Below, one piece after another: positions 26,401 through 39,981 of a stretch of 64,000 nt of DNA; within the stretch, counting starts at the first letter, position 1; every line of letters begins with the position of its first letter. Location of the stretch: NCBI GenBank assembly GCA_951406725.2, contig OX597818.1, forward strand, positions 80,476,001 through 80,540,000, read 5' to 3'. The notes beneath the pieces were generated by a model. The model made no database searches and was not told where the DNA came from. It saw nothing but the letters and a program-made list of their open reading frames with translations. A program made the translations under genes and the position numbers. Origin of the DNA: Octopus vulgaris (taxonomy: Eukaryota).

Positions 26401-26529
26401 ACATATAGTATATGTAATAATGTGAAGTATATTTTGTATTTTAAAATATTGTATTTTCCGAAATATATCCGCCGCGGTCGACTTTGCCTTTCACCTCTTT
26501 CAGGTCAAAATATTGTATTTTCCGAAATA

Positions 26530-27808
26530 CGAAGGGCGTTCAATAAGTAATGCCTCTGACCCACTTGCCTTTGTTTGATCTAGCTGAAATTTTGCATGTG
26601 CAATTATTGATATCTCTATAGATTAAGTGTCAAATTACAGCTCCAAACTAATTGTGGTTTTTGATTTACAGGTGTTTGAAATGAGTCAAGTGGGAAATGG
26701 AGCATGTTGAGTGTCGAGCAGTGATCCGGTTTTTGTATTTGAAATGACGCACACCACAGGAAACTTTTGATGAAATGAAAGTAACTTATGGTGATGATGC
26801 CCCATCATATGACCTTGTAAAACGCTAGCATCGTGAATTCAAACATGGTCGGAACTCTGTGGAAACAGCTCCCAGATCTGGTCGCACCCCTTCTGCCATT
26901 GATGAGGCATCTGTCCGTCAAGTTGAAGCTGCCATTTTGGAAGATCGACGCATAACTATTCGCCAAATAGCCCATGAGGTCAAGATTAGTACCAGGTCTG
27001 TGGAAACTATCATTCATGACCATTTGCATATGCAAAAGGTGTCTTCCAGATGGATTTCCAGGTTGCTCACACTTTTCCAGAAGCAAGAACGCAAGAATTC
27101 CAGAAGCAAGAATTTAGGGATGTGCCAAGAAGATGAGTCAAAATTTTTCAAAAGACTGATTACACAGGATGAGACCTGGGTCCATCACTATGATCCAGAG
27201 ACCAAAGCCCAGTAAATGCAGTGGAAGCACCATGAATCACCTCCTCCAAAGAAGGCAAGGGTGCAGCCCTCCACTGGCAAGGTCATGCTCAGTCTTCTGG
27301 GACCAGGACGGAGTAGTGATGACAGATTTCCTGGCAAAGGGTACCACAATTACAGGAGCCTATCATGTTTCACTTTTGAGGAAATTAAGAGAAGCTATCG
27401 AAACCAAGAGGCGGGGCAAGATCAGCAAAGGCATCCTCCTCTTGCAGGACAACGCTCCGGTCCACAACTCGCGTGTCACCAGATCAGAAGCACAGGCGTG
27501 CGGCTATGAACTCTTCCCCCATCCTGACCTTGCACCCTCTGATTTTCACCTCTTCCCAGCCATGAAGTTGTTTTTGAAAGGAAAGCGTTTCCCAGATGAT
27601 GCAGCCTTGATTTCTGAAGTCACGTCGTGGTTGGAGGACCAAGCTGGGGTCTTCTACGAAAACGGTCTCCAGAGCTGCATCAAACGATGGGAGAAATGCG
27701 TAACTCTGGGTTGTTCCTATGTAGAAAAAGACTAATACCTATGTCAAGTTTCGTTGCTCTACTGCTATGGGAAGTGGGTCAGGGGTTTTACTTATTGAAC
27801 GCCCCTCG
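26530..27808 (+). mobile_element. Full-length mariner transposon, 1.28 kb
   Basis: TIRs TA|CGAAGGGCGTTCAATAAGTAA...TTACTTATTGAACGCCCCTCG|TA. Confidence 0.92.
26697..27735 (+). pseudogene. Mariner DD34D-type transposase pseudogene
   Basis: MEHVECRAVIRFLYLK*..., WISRLL (WVP..L), ITQDETWVHHYDPE, QDNAPVH, PDLAPSDFHLF; in-frame stops and a frameshift. Confidence 0.9.
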
Positions 27809-28439
27809 TATATCAAATGGAACAAACATAAGCAGTAAAAATACAAATTGCAAGTATTTCAAAATGTGAGACGCTACATCACGAAACTAACGAAAAAGAA
27901 TATAGTGGTGCTTGTGTTCCAAAGGTACGAATAATTCTGTGAAGAAAAATACATTGGTCCCCAGTGCAGCTTGTACATGGTAATGTGTGCGGAGTAAACG
28001 CAAAACATGGCGTCAAAGAACTCTGGTGACAGTTCTCTCACCTCTGGCTATCTCAAAAGAAATTCCTTACTTGTAGCCATCCGTTGGTTCAAAACAGACC
28101 ACGCATTTGTTGGTCTGGCAAGCGGTCTCTTTCGATGACTAAAAGCATCCTGTTGGCACGAATGGGTATGGCCATGTGACCACTTGTAGAAAACAGGCAA
28201 AATATGACAATTGGCAGTTACCTAAGCCTAGACAGCAAAATAATAAGCATAGCATTCGCTACATCTTCATATGAGACATAGAAGAATCAAGTAACCTTCT
28301 CCTCTACAGATACCAGCCACGGAGCGCCATGTAGTGCATATAGAAGGTAAAAAGGAAAACATACCCTTCATCTGGGTTAGAACAGATTGTGCACGACAAA
28401 CATCTGACAAGTATATAGAAGAAGTAGAATAAGCGGGAG

Positions 28440-28840
28440 CAGTTCTGGTCCTCATGGGTAATAATCGAATGAACACGATTGTGAATGAAAACGGCCGAAA
28501 TGGGGTTCTTCCGAATAGTCTTTGGCAATATGTTACTCTATTGAGTGCGTTCCAGGTAGGGTCTCTACTTCAACGAACTGGGAGATCACAGCTCCGATAC
28601 TACGGAAATGTGGTTAAAATGTTTCAGGAAAGAATCAATAGACAGGATTTACAGGCAAAAGCAACTGACAGGAAACTCAAGGGAAGATCTTGAGCAAGTT
28701 GTTTCGATAACATCTATGAGCTCGGTTGGTCAATTTCCGGGTTCTAGCTGAATCATTTGGAGACGGTTGATTGTGACGGGACACGATGGGAGACAGGCTT
28801 GAGGAATATTCCACTCGTAATACTTCCAATGTGGATGAAG
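28440..28840 (+). mobile_element. Degenerate RTE LINE 3' fragment
   Basis: RSQLRYYGNVVKMFQERINRQ..KLKGRS, corresponding to LRW.GHV.RM...RGRP. Confidence 0.6.
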
Positions 28841-28899
28841 ACAAGTGGAGATTTACATACACAAATAATCCACACACATAAACACATATACCTGTATAT

Positions 28900-29118
28900 A
28901 TATTGGTTTCAACCTTTGGCACAAGGCCAGAAACTTCGGTGGAGGAGGAAACGCGATGACACCGACTCCAGTGTTCAACTGGTACTTATTTTATTGACCC
29001 GTAAAGGATGAAAGGTAAGGTCGACCTCGGCGGAATTGGAACTCAGAAGGTAAAGCCGAGCGAAATACTGCTAAGAATTTTACCCGGCATGCTAACGATT
29101 CTGCCAGCTCACCGCCTT
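28900..29118 (-). mobile_element. SINE family A, short tail
   Basis: Core and tRNA-like head as in other copies. Confidence 0.8.
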
Positions 29119-30526
29119 TATATCAGTATATGTTGGTGGACAGATAGGCCTGCACACACACACAAACACACACACACATAAATGTATATAAAAACACCCA
29201 CCCATAGGCATACACACATGTGGGGATATTTTGAGTGGACCTCACAAATGTGTCATCCACACAATTGTTTCCTCATAACTTTCAGAAAACATAGATATCT
29301 TTTAAGGGAATATTCTACAAATACCTCTCAGCGTACATTACGACTATATCGGAATTTAATGTGAAAAAAATAGAGGTGAGGTGCACATATATACTGGCAC
29401 ACATCCCAATGTTTTTTTTCAAAATTTCACGTTCCATTTTGTCGATATGTATGTTATGGGTGTCAGCATATATGTGTCTACTTTCGCGAATTTTTTCATT
29501 TTTTTTTTCACATTAAATTCCGATATAATTGTAATCTACACCATTTTTCTGGAAGTTATCAGGAAGCTAATTTGGGGGCACAATTGTGTGGGTCTGCCGT
29601 TTTATGCACCTTTGAGTTCTTAAACACCCTCTGTAACATGCTGGTTGGTACCATAACATAGTTACAAGGTGTCCGGTATTGTTCCTCCAACCGTATGAAC
29701 TCTTAGCCAGGCAATTTCAGGACAGGAAACCTGGAGGTTCTAACCAGAAACGATACTTCACTCTCGACATATTCGCACAGAATATTTCATTTTAAACAAT
29801 CGTGTAACTTTAATGGGATATGATAGTAAGGATCGGTAAATAATAATCGTACACGAAATAAACCTTTCTATTATAGGAGCAGGGCTTGAAATTTGGTGGG
29901 ATGTGTAATCGATCATATTGATCCCAAAGTTCGGCTGGCACTTATTTTATCAACAAGGATCAAGGGAACCATCGACCTAGGTCAAATTTGAACTCAGACT
30001 GCAAATATGGACAACATGCGACTAGCGTGCCGACCATTATGCTACTCACCATCTTATGAAAACGAAATAACAATGGTTACTCAACTTTTCACTCTGCCAA
30101 AATGAAAAACATGAACCCACCGGCTGTATCATCAAAATTAAATTCCGCTTCATTGGCGTAAATACAGACATTCTGTTTTCTTTGATATTCTTTCAAAGGT
30201 AAATATTTCTAAAAAAATTTCTTCACAGATATCTTTCCATGTCTTGTGTTAATGCATGTATGTAGTGAGCGAGATTTGACTGCTATTTCTAGCGGGACTA
30301 ATAGCCACGTTATGGACCTACAGTTGAACAAATTGTATAAATATGAGGAATCTCTGCGATGTTCTGAAGAGAAACTGTTGAGTGTAGTGAATTGTATGGT
30401 GCCTAAGAGATTGGGTACAGTGAGGATTCGATCTCAGCTGGTAAATACGAAAGAAATGCCATTAGGCATTTTGCCCGTCATGCTAAACATCGTGCCAGCT
30501 CGTTGCCTCTATGTCTCTTTTACTGT

Positions 30527-30719
30527 TGTACTCTTTTACTTGTTTCAGTCATTTGACTGCGGCCATGCTGGAGCACCGCATTTAGTCGAAGAGATCAACC
30601 CCAGGACTTATTCTTTGTAAGCCTAGTACTTATTCTATCGGTCTCTTTTGCCGAACCGCCAAGTTACGGAGACATAAACACACCAGCATCGGTTGCCAAG
30701 CGATATTGGGGGACAAACA

Positions 30720-30765
<46 letters not shown>

Positions 30766-30932
30766 TATACGACGAGCTTCTTTCAGTTTCCGTCTACCAA
30801 ATCCACTCACAAGGCTTTGGTCGGCCCGATGCTATAGTAGATGATACTTGCCCAAGGTACCACGCAGTGAGACTGAAGTCGGAACCATGAGGTTGATAAG
30901 TAAGCTACTTACCACACAGCCACTCCTGCGCC
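30527..30932 (-). mobile_element. SINE family B, full length
   Basis: Reverse complement of 16991-17393. Confidence 0.85.
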
Positions 30933-31019
30933 TATAAAAGGAAAACGAACAACCTTAATCGATTTTCGAACCTTATTGGGTTTTCATCAAAGGCGTCTAC
31001 ATCATTCTCTGTGTATATA

Positions 31020-31236
31020 TTGATTGGAAATTTTGACAGAAGATCAGGAATTTCGGGGGAGGGGTAACTGCATTACATAGATCCCGGTACTCAATTGGTA
31101 TTTTTTTTTTATCGATCCGGAAAAGATGAAAAGCAAAGTCGATATCGGCGGAATTTGAAATCAGAAATTGAAGACGGACGAAATGACGCTAAGCAGTTTG
31201 CCCATCGTGCTAACGGTTGTGTCAGCTCGCCACCTT
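31020..31236 (-). mobile_element. SINE family A, diverged
   Basis: Core AAAGATGAAAAGCAAAGTCGATATCGGCGGAATTTGAA. Confidence 0.7.
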
Positions 31237-31239
31237 TAT

Positions 31240-32000
31240 ATCTGTATATGGGTGGAGGGCAGAATCTCTCGCTGTTTCAAATGTGGCCAAAAGGGCCACA
31301 TTAGAGCAGATTACCCGGAGAAAAAGAGAGAAAGCCGGAAGGACGAACGGAAGGAACCAGAAAAGGTGGAAGAATAAGCAGAGTAGAAGGAGGAAGAAAC
31401 ATTGAAGGTGGTGAAGCAGAGAAAGAGAAAAAAAAAGAAGCCAAGGTGAACAGAAACCCAAACCCACACCCATCCCACCCTCCCCTTGCAGACTAACACA
31501 CCCATTCCCTCCCGACAAATAATAATAAGAAAAAAGAAGTACAGACACACACGAAATCACCCCCTCCCAATTGTTATTTAGTTTTAATGTTTGAGGAAGT
31601 TGATGCAGACATGTTAAGTAAAATAGCAAAGCGGAAGGACATAAAACGAGTGAACTCAGAAGGAAAATCATGGCACAATTTTCTTGCGGTGCCTAAGAAT
31701 AGATTGAAGGAAATATACGAATACAAGGGTTGTTTTTCATGTTAGAGAATTAACTGTAATATAGAAGAGATATCAGAAAATATGAGATATGATGAACTAA
31801 CTAAAAAATACGGCATTGGCATGCCGGTGAACGAGGAAATTGAAGGAAGTAAGTAACGCTACCTGAGGTGGGGCTGGTAGCTCATTTCCATTTATCATTG
31901 TCATCTTCATACATTATATCATACGTTTTTATGTTTTGTATGTTTTTATCGTTTTTTTTAATATATGTTTTATGTCCCCTCTACGTTGACCCCTTGTGGG
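31240..32000 (+). mobile_element. Internally deleted Tx1-like LINE (ORF1 zinc knuckle plus 3' end)
   Basis: CFKCGQKGHIRADY (CX2CX4HX4C, last Cys lost), Lys/Glu-rich linker, end GACCCCTTGTGGG like the other Tx1-type tails. Confidence 0.55.
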
Positions 32001-32051
32001 GTATTTGCCCTTTATCAATGCAGAGTAGCCATTGATAAAGGGCAAATACCC
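31999..32051. repeat. Perfect 22-bp inverted repeat with 9-nt loop
   Basis: GGGTATTTGCCCTTTATCAATG-CAGAGTAGC-CATTGATAAAGGGCAAATACCC. Confidence 0.9.
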
Positions 32052-32949
32052 TGAAACATGACTGCAGATGCCTGACCAGCAAGGGGAAGCGGCTGACCGC
32101 CCCTGTTCGAACGTTATAATGGACACAGGTTCGTGTGTCATATAGCTAGTTAGAGGTGATGGCCTCTTGGAGCTAATCAACGGCAGCTTTTGTCCTATAT
32201 TTATGGACTGCCATATTAGCTTGGCGATAACTATTAATATCCAGTACCGCTGTCGTAGTATCCTTTAGAAAGACTTAGAAATAATATTTCTATATAGATG
32301 TGTGTGTGTGTGTGTGTGTGTATGTGTGTGTGTATGTATGTATCTATGTACGTTGTCAATTCAAAGAACAGAGAACGAAAGAAAAAGAAAACAGTAAACG
32401 AACTCCAGGACGTAGCACAAGCAATGTATAAATATGACAGTCGGTGATGGAAGAGAGTTGTTGTTTTACGTTTTAAACACAACTCTTTGAAAGTTCAAAA
32501 TGAAAGAAGGGAGAAGGAGGAAAATTACCAACAGTCATGTGCGGTTATATTTCTGAAGTGACCGGAAGTAGAAAGAGAAAGTGCTTTCTGGGACAGGAGA
32601 GTATGAAGGTGGTCGGTATGTGTGTGTTTGTATGTGTGTGTATGGTAGCGTTTGTGTGTGTGGCAATAACTGCGCGCGTGTGTGTGTGTATGCGTGGTAG
32701 CGTGTGTGCGTGTGGTGGTAACTGTGTGTAGTGCGTAGTAGTGTGCGTAGGTGGAAGGGTCAATAGTAAGTCAGTCACAGTCTGAAAAGTATGTGAATGA
32801 GTGCATGTGGCTATGTGTGTGTACGGGAGACGGGTTTGTTCTTAGGTAGACGAACGTCTAGTAGGTATTCGTGAACCGTCGGCAAGCCGGCGACCCATCT
32901 GACCAACGTAATGTTTATTGTAAAGGTTGCGCCTGATATATATATATGC

Positions 32950-32985
<36 letters not shown>

Positions 32986-33052
32986 ACACACACACACACA
33001 CATATATATATAAACATATTTATAAACACATAGGTATATATATACATGTATG

Positions 33053-33083
<31 letters not shown>

Positions 33084-33592
33084 GTATATACATATATACA
33101 TACATAAATATATACATATATTTATACATACATATATATACATATATATATATACATATACATAAATATATACACATATATACATACATAAATACACATA
33201 TATGTACGCATGTATATACATATACACATATACGCACTTACACACACACGCACACACGCACACATATCTATAGTAAAACTATTAAAAGTGAAACTATTAA
33301 AAATGAAACAATATAAAAGTGAAACTATTATATCACATTACAATAGAGTTGTTATTGTTTCACTTTTGACACGTAATACAGAAGCAGTCTAAATGATTGC
33401 TACGGGTTCACTTTAAGCAAGAAGTTGTAAAGCTATTTGGCTTATGACACTCCATGGATACTCAGTAAAGCGTAAAATTTAAACGAAATCGCACGGGTAG
33501 TTCTCGAGTTTTAGTGATTCACACAAACAGTCACACACACACACACACACACATTCTCAGGTTTATGTGTGTGTGTGTGTGTGTGTGAAAGA

Positions 33593-33642
<50 letters not shown>

Positions 33643-33659
33643 GGCAGGCTTCTTTCAGG

Positions 33660-33950
33660 ATTTATTCTTTGTAAGCCTAGTTTTTATTCTATCGGTCTCT
33701 TTTGCCCAACCGCTAAGTTACGTAACCACACCAATATCGGTTGTCAAGCGATAGTGAGAGGACAAACACAGACATAATACATACATACACACATATATTC
33801 ACGACGGGATTCTTTCAGTTTCCATCTACCAAATCCACTGACAAGGCTTTGGTCGGCGTGAGGCTATAGTAGAAGACACTTGTGCAAGGTGTCACACAGT
33901 GGGGTTGAACTCGGAACCATGTGGTAGGGAACCGAGCTTCTTACCTCACA
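33660..33950 (-). mobile_element. SINE family B, partial
   Basis: CAGTTTCCATCTACCAAATCCACTGACAAGGCTTTGGTCGG shared with other copies. Confidence 0.75.
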
Positions 33951-34258
33951 ACAATACATACGTTTATGAATATGGATGAATATGTATATGTGTAAGTGTG
34001 TAAGTTTGTGTATGTATGTATGTATGTATGTATGTATGTATGTATGTATGTATGTATGTATGTATGCATGCATGTCAGTGAACAGGTCGCGGTCTTATAG
34101 CGACGAAAATATTTTGACAAATTAAACTTAAATGTTGAAGTGAATCGAACGGCTTTTGTGTGTTACTTAAATGGCTTACAAACACCTTCCACGCTGCAAT
34201 TGTTTTCGTTCCAGCACACGATCTCAGATCAAATCACTTGCTATGCAAGTACATCTCC

Positions 34259-34296
<38 letters not shown>

Positions 34297-34303
<7 letters not shown>

Positions 34304-37117
34304 AATAAAATATATGCATATATATAAACATATATGTACGTACCTACCTCTACATGTACATATACACGCATATATGTGTACAGGACACCAAAGGGACGTC
34401 GAACACATAGAGAGACGAAAAACATAGACACAAACCAAGGAACAAGACAAGCAAAAAAAGGAGATACAGGACAATAAGCACAACGAAAAATCCCCTTCTT
34501 CAGTCGCTAAAGTTTCATCTACTAAACGTTTCAAAGGATAAAAGCGAGACGTATACTTCGAATGAAAAATTCCTTCCTGCGAAAAGCAAATCAATTAAAA
34601 TTCTGAGATCTTGTCGCAGAGGGGTAAAAAAAGCAAGACGGTAACGACAGTACAAACATATAAACAGTAAAAAATATATATATAAACAGTGGAAAAATAA
34701 ATATATAACAGTGAGAGACAGGACAAGGAGAACAAGATAAGAAGGGCTGTTAACGCCAGACGAAAAAGTATTGCAAACGCTGGATTATAGTGGACGACGA
34801 GAGAGGAAGATGTCGACCAGTGGCCTTAGAAGGCAGGTGAGAAAAGACGGGATAGCAGTTACGACGGAAGTTCGTCGCAGATGGACGACGGGAATGGGGG
34901 AGAAGGAGCAAGAGGAAGAGAGAGAAGAAGGGGAATGGTGCGAGGAGACCATGAAGAACAGTAGGGGGAGAGAGAGAGGAAGAGACAAGTTAAGTGAGGG
35001 AAAAAAGACGAGAAAGGGAATGGGAGAGAAAGAAAGAAAGATGCAGAGTCGCGTGAGAGTTAATATCAAGGCGAACTTGATAAACAGAACAATCTTACTT
35101 AATAGGGTGCGTGCGTTTAGTCGTATAATATGTTAATAAAATATATGCATATATATAAACATATATGTACGTACCTACCTCTACATGTACATATACACGC
35201 ATATATGTGTACAGGACACCAAAGGGACGTCGAACACATAGAGAGACGAAAAACATAGACACAAACCAAGGAACAAGACAAGCAAAAAAAGGAGATACAG
35301 GACAATAAGCACAACGAAAAATCCCCTTCTTCAGTCGCTAAAGTTTCATCTACTAAACGTTTCAAAGGATAAAAGCGAGACGTATACTTCGAATGAAAAA
35401 TTCCTTCCTGCGAAAAGCAAATCAATTAAAATTCTGAGATCTTGTCGCAGAGGGGTAAAAAAAGCAAGACGGTAACGACAGTACAAACATATAAACAGTA
35501 AAAAATATATATATAAACAGTGGAAAAATAAATATATAACAGTGAGAGACAGGACAAGGAGAACAAGATAAGAAGGGCTGTTAACGCCAGACGAAAAAAG
35601 TATTGCAAACGCTGGATTATAGTGGACGACGAGAGAGGAAGATGTCGACCAGTGGCCTTAGAAGGCAGGTGAGAAAAGACGGGATAGCAGTTACGACGGA
35701 AGTTCGTCGCAGATGGACGACGGGAATGGGGGAGAAGGAGCAAGAGGAAGAGAGAGAAGAAGGGGAATGGTGCGAGGAGACCATGAAGAACAGTAGGGGG
35801 AGAGAGAGAGGAAGAGACAAGTTAAGTGAGGGAAAAAAGACGAGAAAGGGAATGGGAGAGAAAGAAAGAAAGATGCAGAGTCGCGTGAGAGTTAATATCA
35901 AGGCGAACTTGATAAACAGAACAATCTTACTTAATAGGGTGCGTGCGTTTAGTCGTATAATATGTTAATAAAATATATGCATATATATAAACATATATGT
36001 ACGTACCTACCTCTACATGTACATATACACGCATATATGTGTACAGGACACCAAAGGGACGTCGAACACATAGAGAGACGAAAAACATAGACACAAACCA
36101 AGGAACAAGACAAGCAAAAAAAGGAGATACAGGACAATAAGCACAACGAAAAATCCCCTTCTTCAGTCGCTAAAGTTTCATCTACTAAACGTTTCAAAGG
36201 ATAAAAGCGAGACGTATACTTCGAATGAAAAATTCCTTCCTGCGAAAAGCAAATCAATTAAAATTCTGAGATCTTGTCGCAGAGGGGTAAAAAAAGCAAG
36301 ACGGTAACGACAGTACAAACATATAAACAGTAAAAAATATATATATAAACAGTGGAAAAATAAATATATAACAGTGAGAGACAGGACAAGGAGAACAAGA
36401 TAAGAAGGGCTGTTAACGCCAGACGAAAAAAGTATTGCAAACGCTGGATTATAGTGGACGACGAGAGAGGAAGATGTCGACCAGTGGCCTTAGAAGGCAG
36501 GTGAGAAAAGACGGGATAGCAGTTACGACGGAAGTTCGTCGCAGATGGACGACGGGAATGGGGGAGAAGGAGCAAGAGGAAGAGAGAGAAGAAGGGGAAT
36601 GGTGCGAGGAGACCATGAAGAACAGTAGGGGGAGAGAGAGAGGAAGAGACAAGTTAAGTGAGGGAAAAAAGACGAGAAAGGGAATGGGAGAGAAAGAAAG
36701 AAAGATGCAGAGTCGCGTGAGAGTTAATATCAAGGCGAACTTGATAAACAGAACAATCTTACTTAATAGGGTGCGTGCGTTTAGTCGTATAATATGTTAA
36801 TAAAATATATGCATATATATAAACATATATGTACGTACCTACCTCTACATGTACATATACACGCATATATGTGTACAGGACACCAAAGGGACGTCGAACA
36901 CATAGAGAGACGAAAAACATAGACACAAACCAAGGAACAAGACAAGCAAAAAAAGGAGATACAGGACAATAAGCACAACGAAAAATCCCCTTCTTCAGTC
37001 GCTAAAGTTTCATCTACTAAACGTTTCGAAGGATAAAAGCGAGACGTATACTTCGAATGAAAAATTCCTTCCTGCGAAAAGCAAATCAATTAAAATTCTG
37101 AGATCTTTTCGCAGAGG

Positions 37118-37120
<3 letters not shown>
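34297..37120. repeat. 832-bp tandem repeat, about 3.4 near-identical copies, embedded in (TA)n
   Basis: TGTTAATAAAATATATGC at 34300, 35131, 35963 and 36795; identical ORF translations recur at the same period. Confidence 0.95.
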
Positions 37121-37163
<43 letters not shown>

Positions 37164-37320
37164 TGTATGTATGTATATATATATATACACACACCCAAAT
37201 AAATATAAATATCTAAATATGTATATTTATGTGTGTGTGTGTGTGTGTGTGTGTGCGTGCGTGTGCACACACATCCGGAGATAGCTAGCCAGTTAGCGAG
37301 CTAGCAAGCTTGCTGGCTAC

Positions 37321-37374
<54 letters not shown>

Positions 37375-37426
37375 TGACAGACAGATACACATACTGACAG
37401 ATAGACAAACAGACAGACAGACAGAG

Positions 37427-37489
<63 letters not shown>

Positions 37490-37689
37490 AACAGATAGAT
37501 TCGGCCATCATTTATAAGCTTCACTTTTCGTCTTGAGTTACAGAAGATCATGCATCAGTGCAGATTAGGACACTCGAGTTGCCAGGGAGCGCGTCTACTT
37601 AACACTCTTGAGCAATAAAACTGGGTTAATTGCTACTAATCAACTATTACCATCTGTTAATGTCATCATCTAGCAATTGTTGTTATTAT

Positions 37690-37917
37690 TTATTTCTTTA
37701 TTGCCCATAGGGGGCTAAAAAACAGGGGGGGGACAAACAAGGACAGACAAACGGATTAAGTCGATTATATCGACCCCAGTGCGTAACTGGTACTTATTAA
37801 ATCGACCTCGAAAGGATGAAAGGCAAAGTCGACCTCGGCGGAATTTGAACTCAGAACGTAACGGCAGACGAAATACTGCTAAGCATTTCGCCCGGCGTAC
37901 TAACGATTCTGCCAGCC
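37690..37917 (-). mobile_element. SINE family A, long tail
   Basis: Matches 8-237. Confidence 0.85.
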
Positions 37918-38280
37918 TGTTGTTGTATAACCCCCAGAATAGTCCTATTTCAACTAGGTAGACTTATCTGTTTCACTCATTGTACAATGGCCATGCTGGG
38001 GCACCGCCTTGACGGGTTTTAGTCGAATAAATCGACCCCAGTAATTTTTTTTTGCCTTGTTCTTAGTTATCGGAGAACTATCTAATCCTTAAGTAGTCGC
38101 TTGACCAGCTAGAAAGAGCAGTTAAATTTTACTCAGATCATTCTCTCATAAAAAAACGGGAAGGACATGTTCTCTATATCACGAAACACGCAGTTTCTCG
38201 ATATAAAAAAAGACGAAATTGTCACGGTAAGAACTCATTTAATTTCATTGTGCATCTGCCTGGTCACGATTCACCTGTAC

Positions 38281-38313
<33 letters not shown>

Positions 38314-38389
38314 GCAAGAACAACAACAATAACCGTGACGTATGACTCCAAGAAGAATCTCTGGCGGTGCTGAGTTCAAATTTCTTCCA

Positions 38390-38660
38390 TGGCTGTGTGG
38401 CTAAGATAATAATAATTTTGGCTTCGGGTTCAGTCACACTGCGTGGTATCTTGATCAAGTGTCATCTATAATAGCCTCGGGTCGATGACTACCTAGTGAA
38501 TGAATTTGGTAGACGGAAACTGTGTGGAAGCCCGTCGTATACACATGCGCTTGAGTGTATGCGTGTGTGTATGTGTGTAGCTTGATAATCGGTATTGGTT
38601 TGCTTACACCCCCGTGAATTAGCAGTTCCACAGACGTGACCAATACGCTAAGTACCAGAC
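38390..38660 (+). mobile_element. SINE family B, diverged
   Basis: GGGTTCAGTCACACTGCGTGG...TTTGGTAGACGGAAACTG. Confidence 0.7.
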
Positions 38661-38740
38661 ATTTTCTTTTTCTTTTTCTTTCTTTTCTTTTTCTTATTGT
38701 AAATAGGAACTGGAATTGATTTGATGCATCAGACAAAATA

Positions 38741-39981
38741 TTGGATTGACCGGAAAGTTCGTGCTAATTTTTAAAGGAAAGAAAAAGGTTAATAAATACT
38801 TTCCATTACATTTTTAATCAACCAAATATGCACAATGCGTCTCCATCTTTCCTTTAACTTGAAAATACCCTCTTCCCAGAATTGAGGTGATTTCATGGCA
38901 AAGGTGTTTTTTCACGTCATCCAAAGAATTAAGACTATTCTGCAGAGACCTGAATAAGTGGAAATCCGAAGGAGCAATATCTGGTGAATATGGAGGGTGG
39001 GGTAACACATCCCAGCCAAGCTGCAGCAATTTTTGTCTGGTTCACAAAGAAACGTGCAGTCTTGCATTATCATGTTGGAAAACAACACTCTTCCTGTTGG
39101 CCAATTCTGGACGTTTCTCTTGAATTGCTCCTTTTAACTCGTCTAGTTGTGTGCAGTATTTCTCAGAATTAATTGTCTGGTTACTTGGGAGAAGCTCATA
39201 GTACAGAATTCCTTTCCAATCCCACCAGACACAAAGCAAAACTTTTTTGGGGTGAAGACCTGCTTTTGGGGTGGCTTAGGGTGGCTCATGTCGCTTACTC
39301 CAGGATCGCTTTCTCTGAACATTTCGGTTCATAATCCATTACTCATCACGTGTCACAATTTGCTTTTAAAAAGGCGCGCTTTCATTCTGTTTATAAAGCG
39401 AATTACACATATAAATGCGATCGAAAAGGTTCTTCTAACTCAACTCATGTGGTACCCAAACAACGTAGCGATTTGTGTACCGAAGCGTTACCAGGTGCTC
39501 ATGAACGACGGATTTTGATAGGCTGAGGCTTTCTGCCAATTCTCGGGTTGTGCAATGTGGCTTATTCTCAATTAATGACTTGATTTGGTCATCATCTGTA
39601 GTGGATGGTCTGCCTGGTCTCTCTTTATCAATGAGACTACAATCTCCAGCTCGGAACCTTGCAAACCACTTCCGTACAGTTCTTTCGGATAAAGAAACAT
39701 CACTGTAAACCGTGCATATTTCTTTGGTTGCTTGTGAGGCATTTTTCTCTTTATGGAAAAAGAAAAGCATCAAGTGCCGAAAATGAACTTATCTTCCATT
39801 TTAAAGGGTTACAGAATTAACACAGGTTATAGGAACATAAACCTTCTTCCACGAAAAGATAGCTTAAACTGTGCTCGAAATGGAGGTGTAGTCAAATCCT
39901 ATTTAATAGACTCAACCATGTTCTAAAACAAGTCGAAAGGTAAGCTACTATAAATCGGCATGAACTTTCCGGACAACCCAA
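38741..39981 (-). mobile_element. Near full-length mariner transposon, second family
   Basis: TIRs TTGGATTGACCGGAAAGTTCGTGC / GCATGAACTTTCCGGACAACCCAA. Confidence 0.9.
38814..39799 (-). pseudogene. Mariner transposase pseudogene
   Basis: WFARFRAGD..RPGRP, WVPHELS, MLCVWWDWKG, FQHDNARLH, YSPDIAPSDFHLF split over several frames. Confidence 0.9.

Noticed and set aside
33270-33570. Additional Helitron
   Set aside because: Resembles Helitron 5' regions but no CTAG/hairpin terminus could be located
34771-36800. Three identical 121-aa ORFs as a tandem gene family
   Set aside because: TTG start, purine-rich low-complexity translation, no domain; a by-product of the 832-bp repeat
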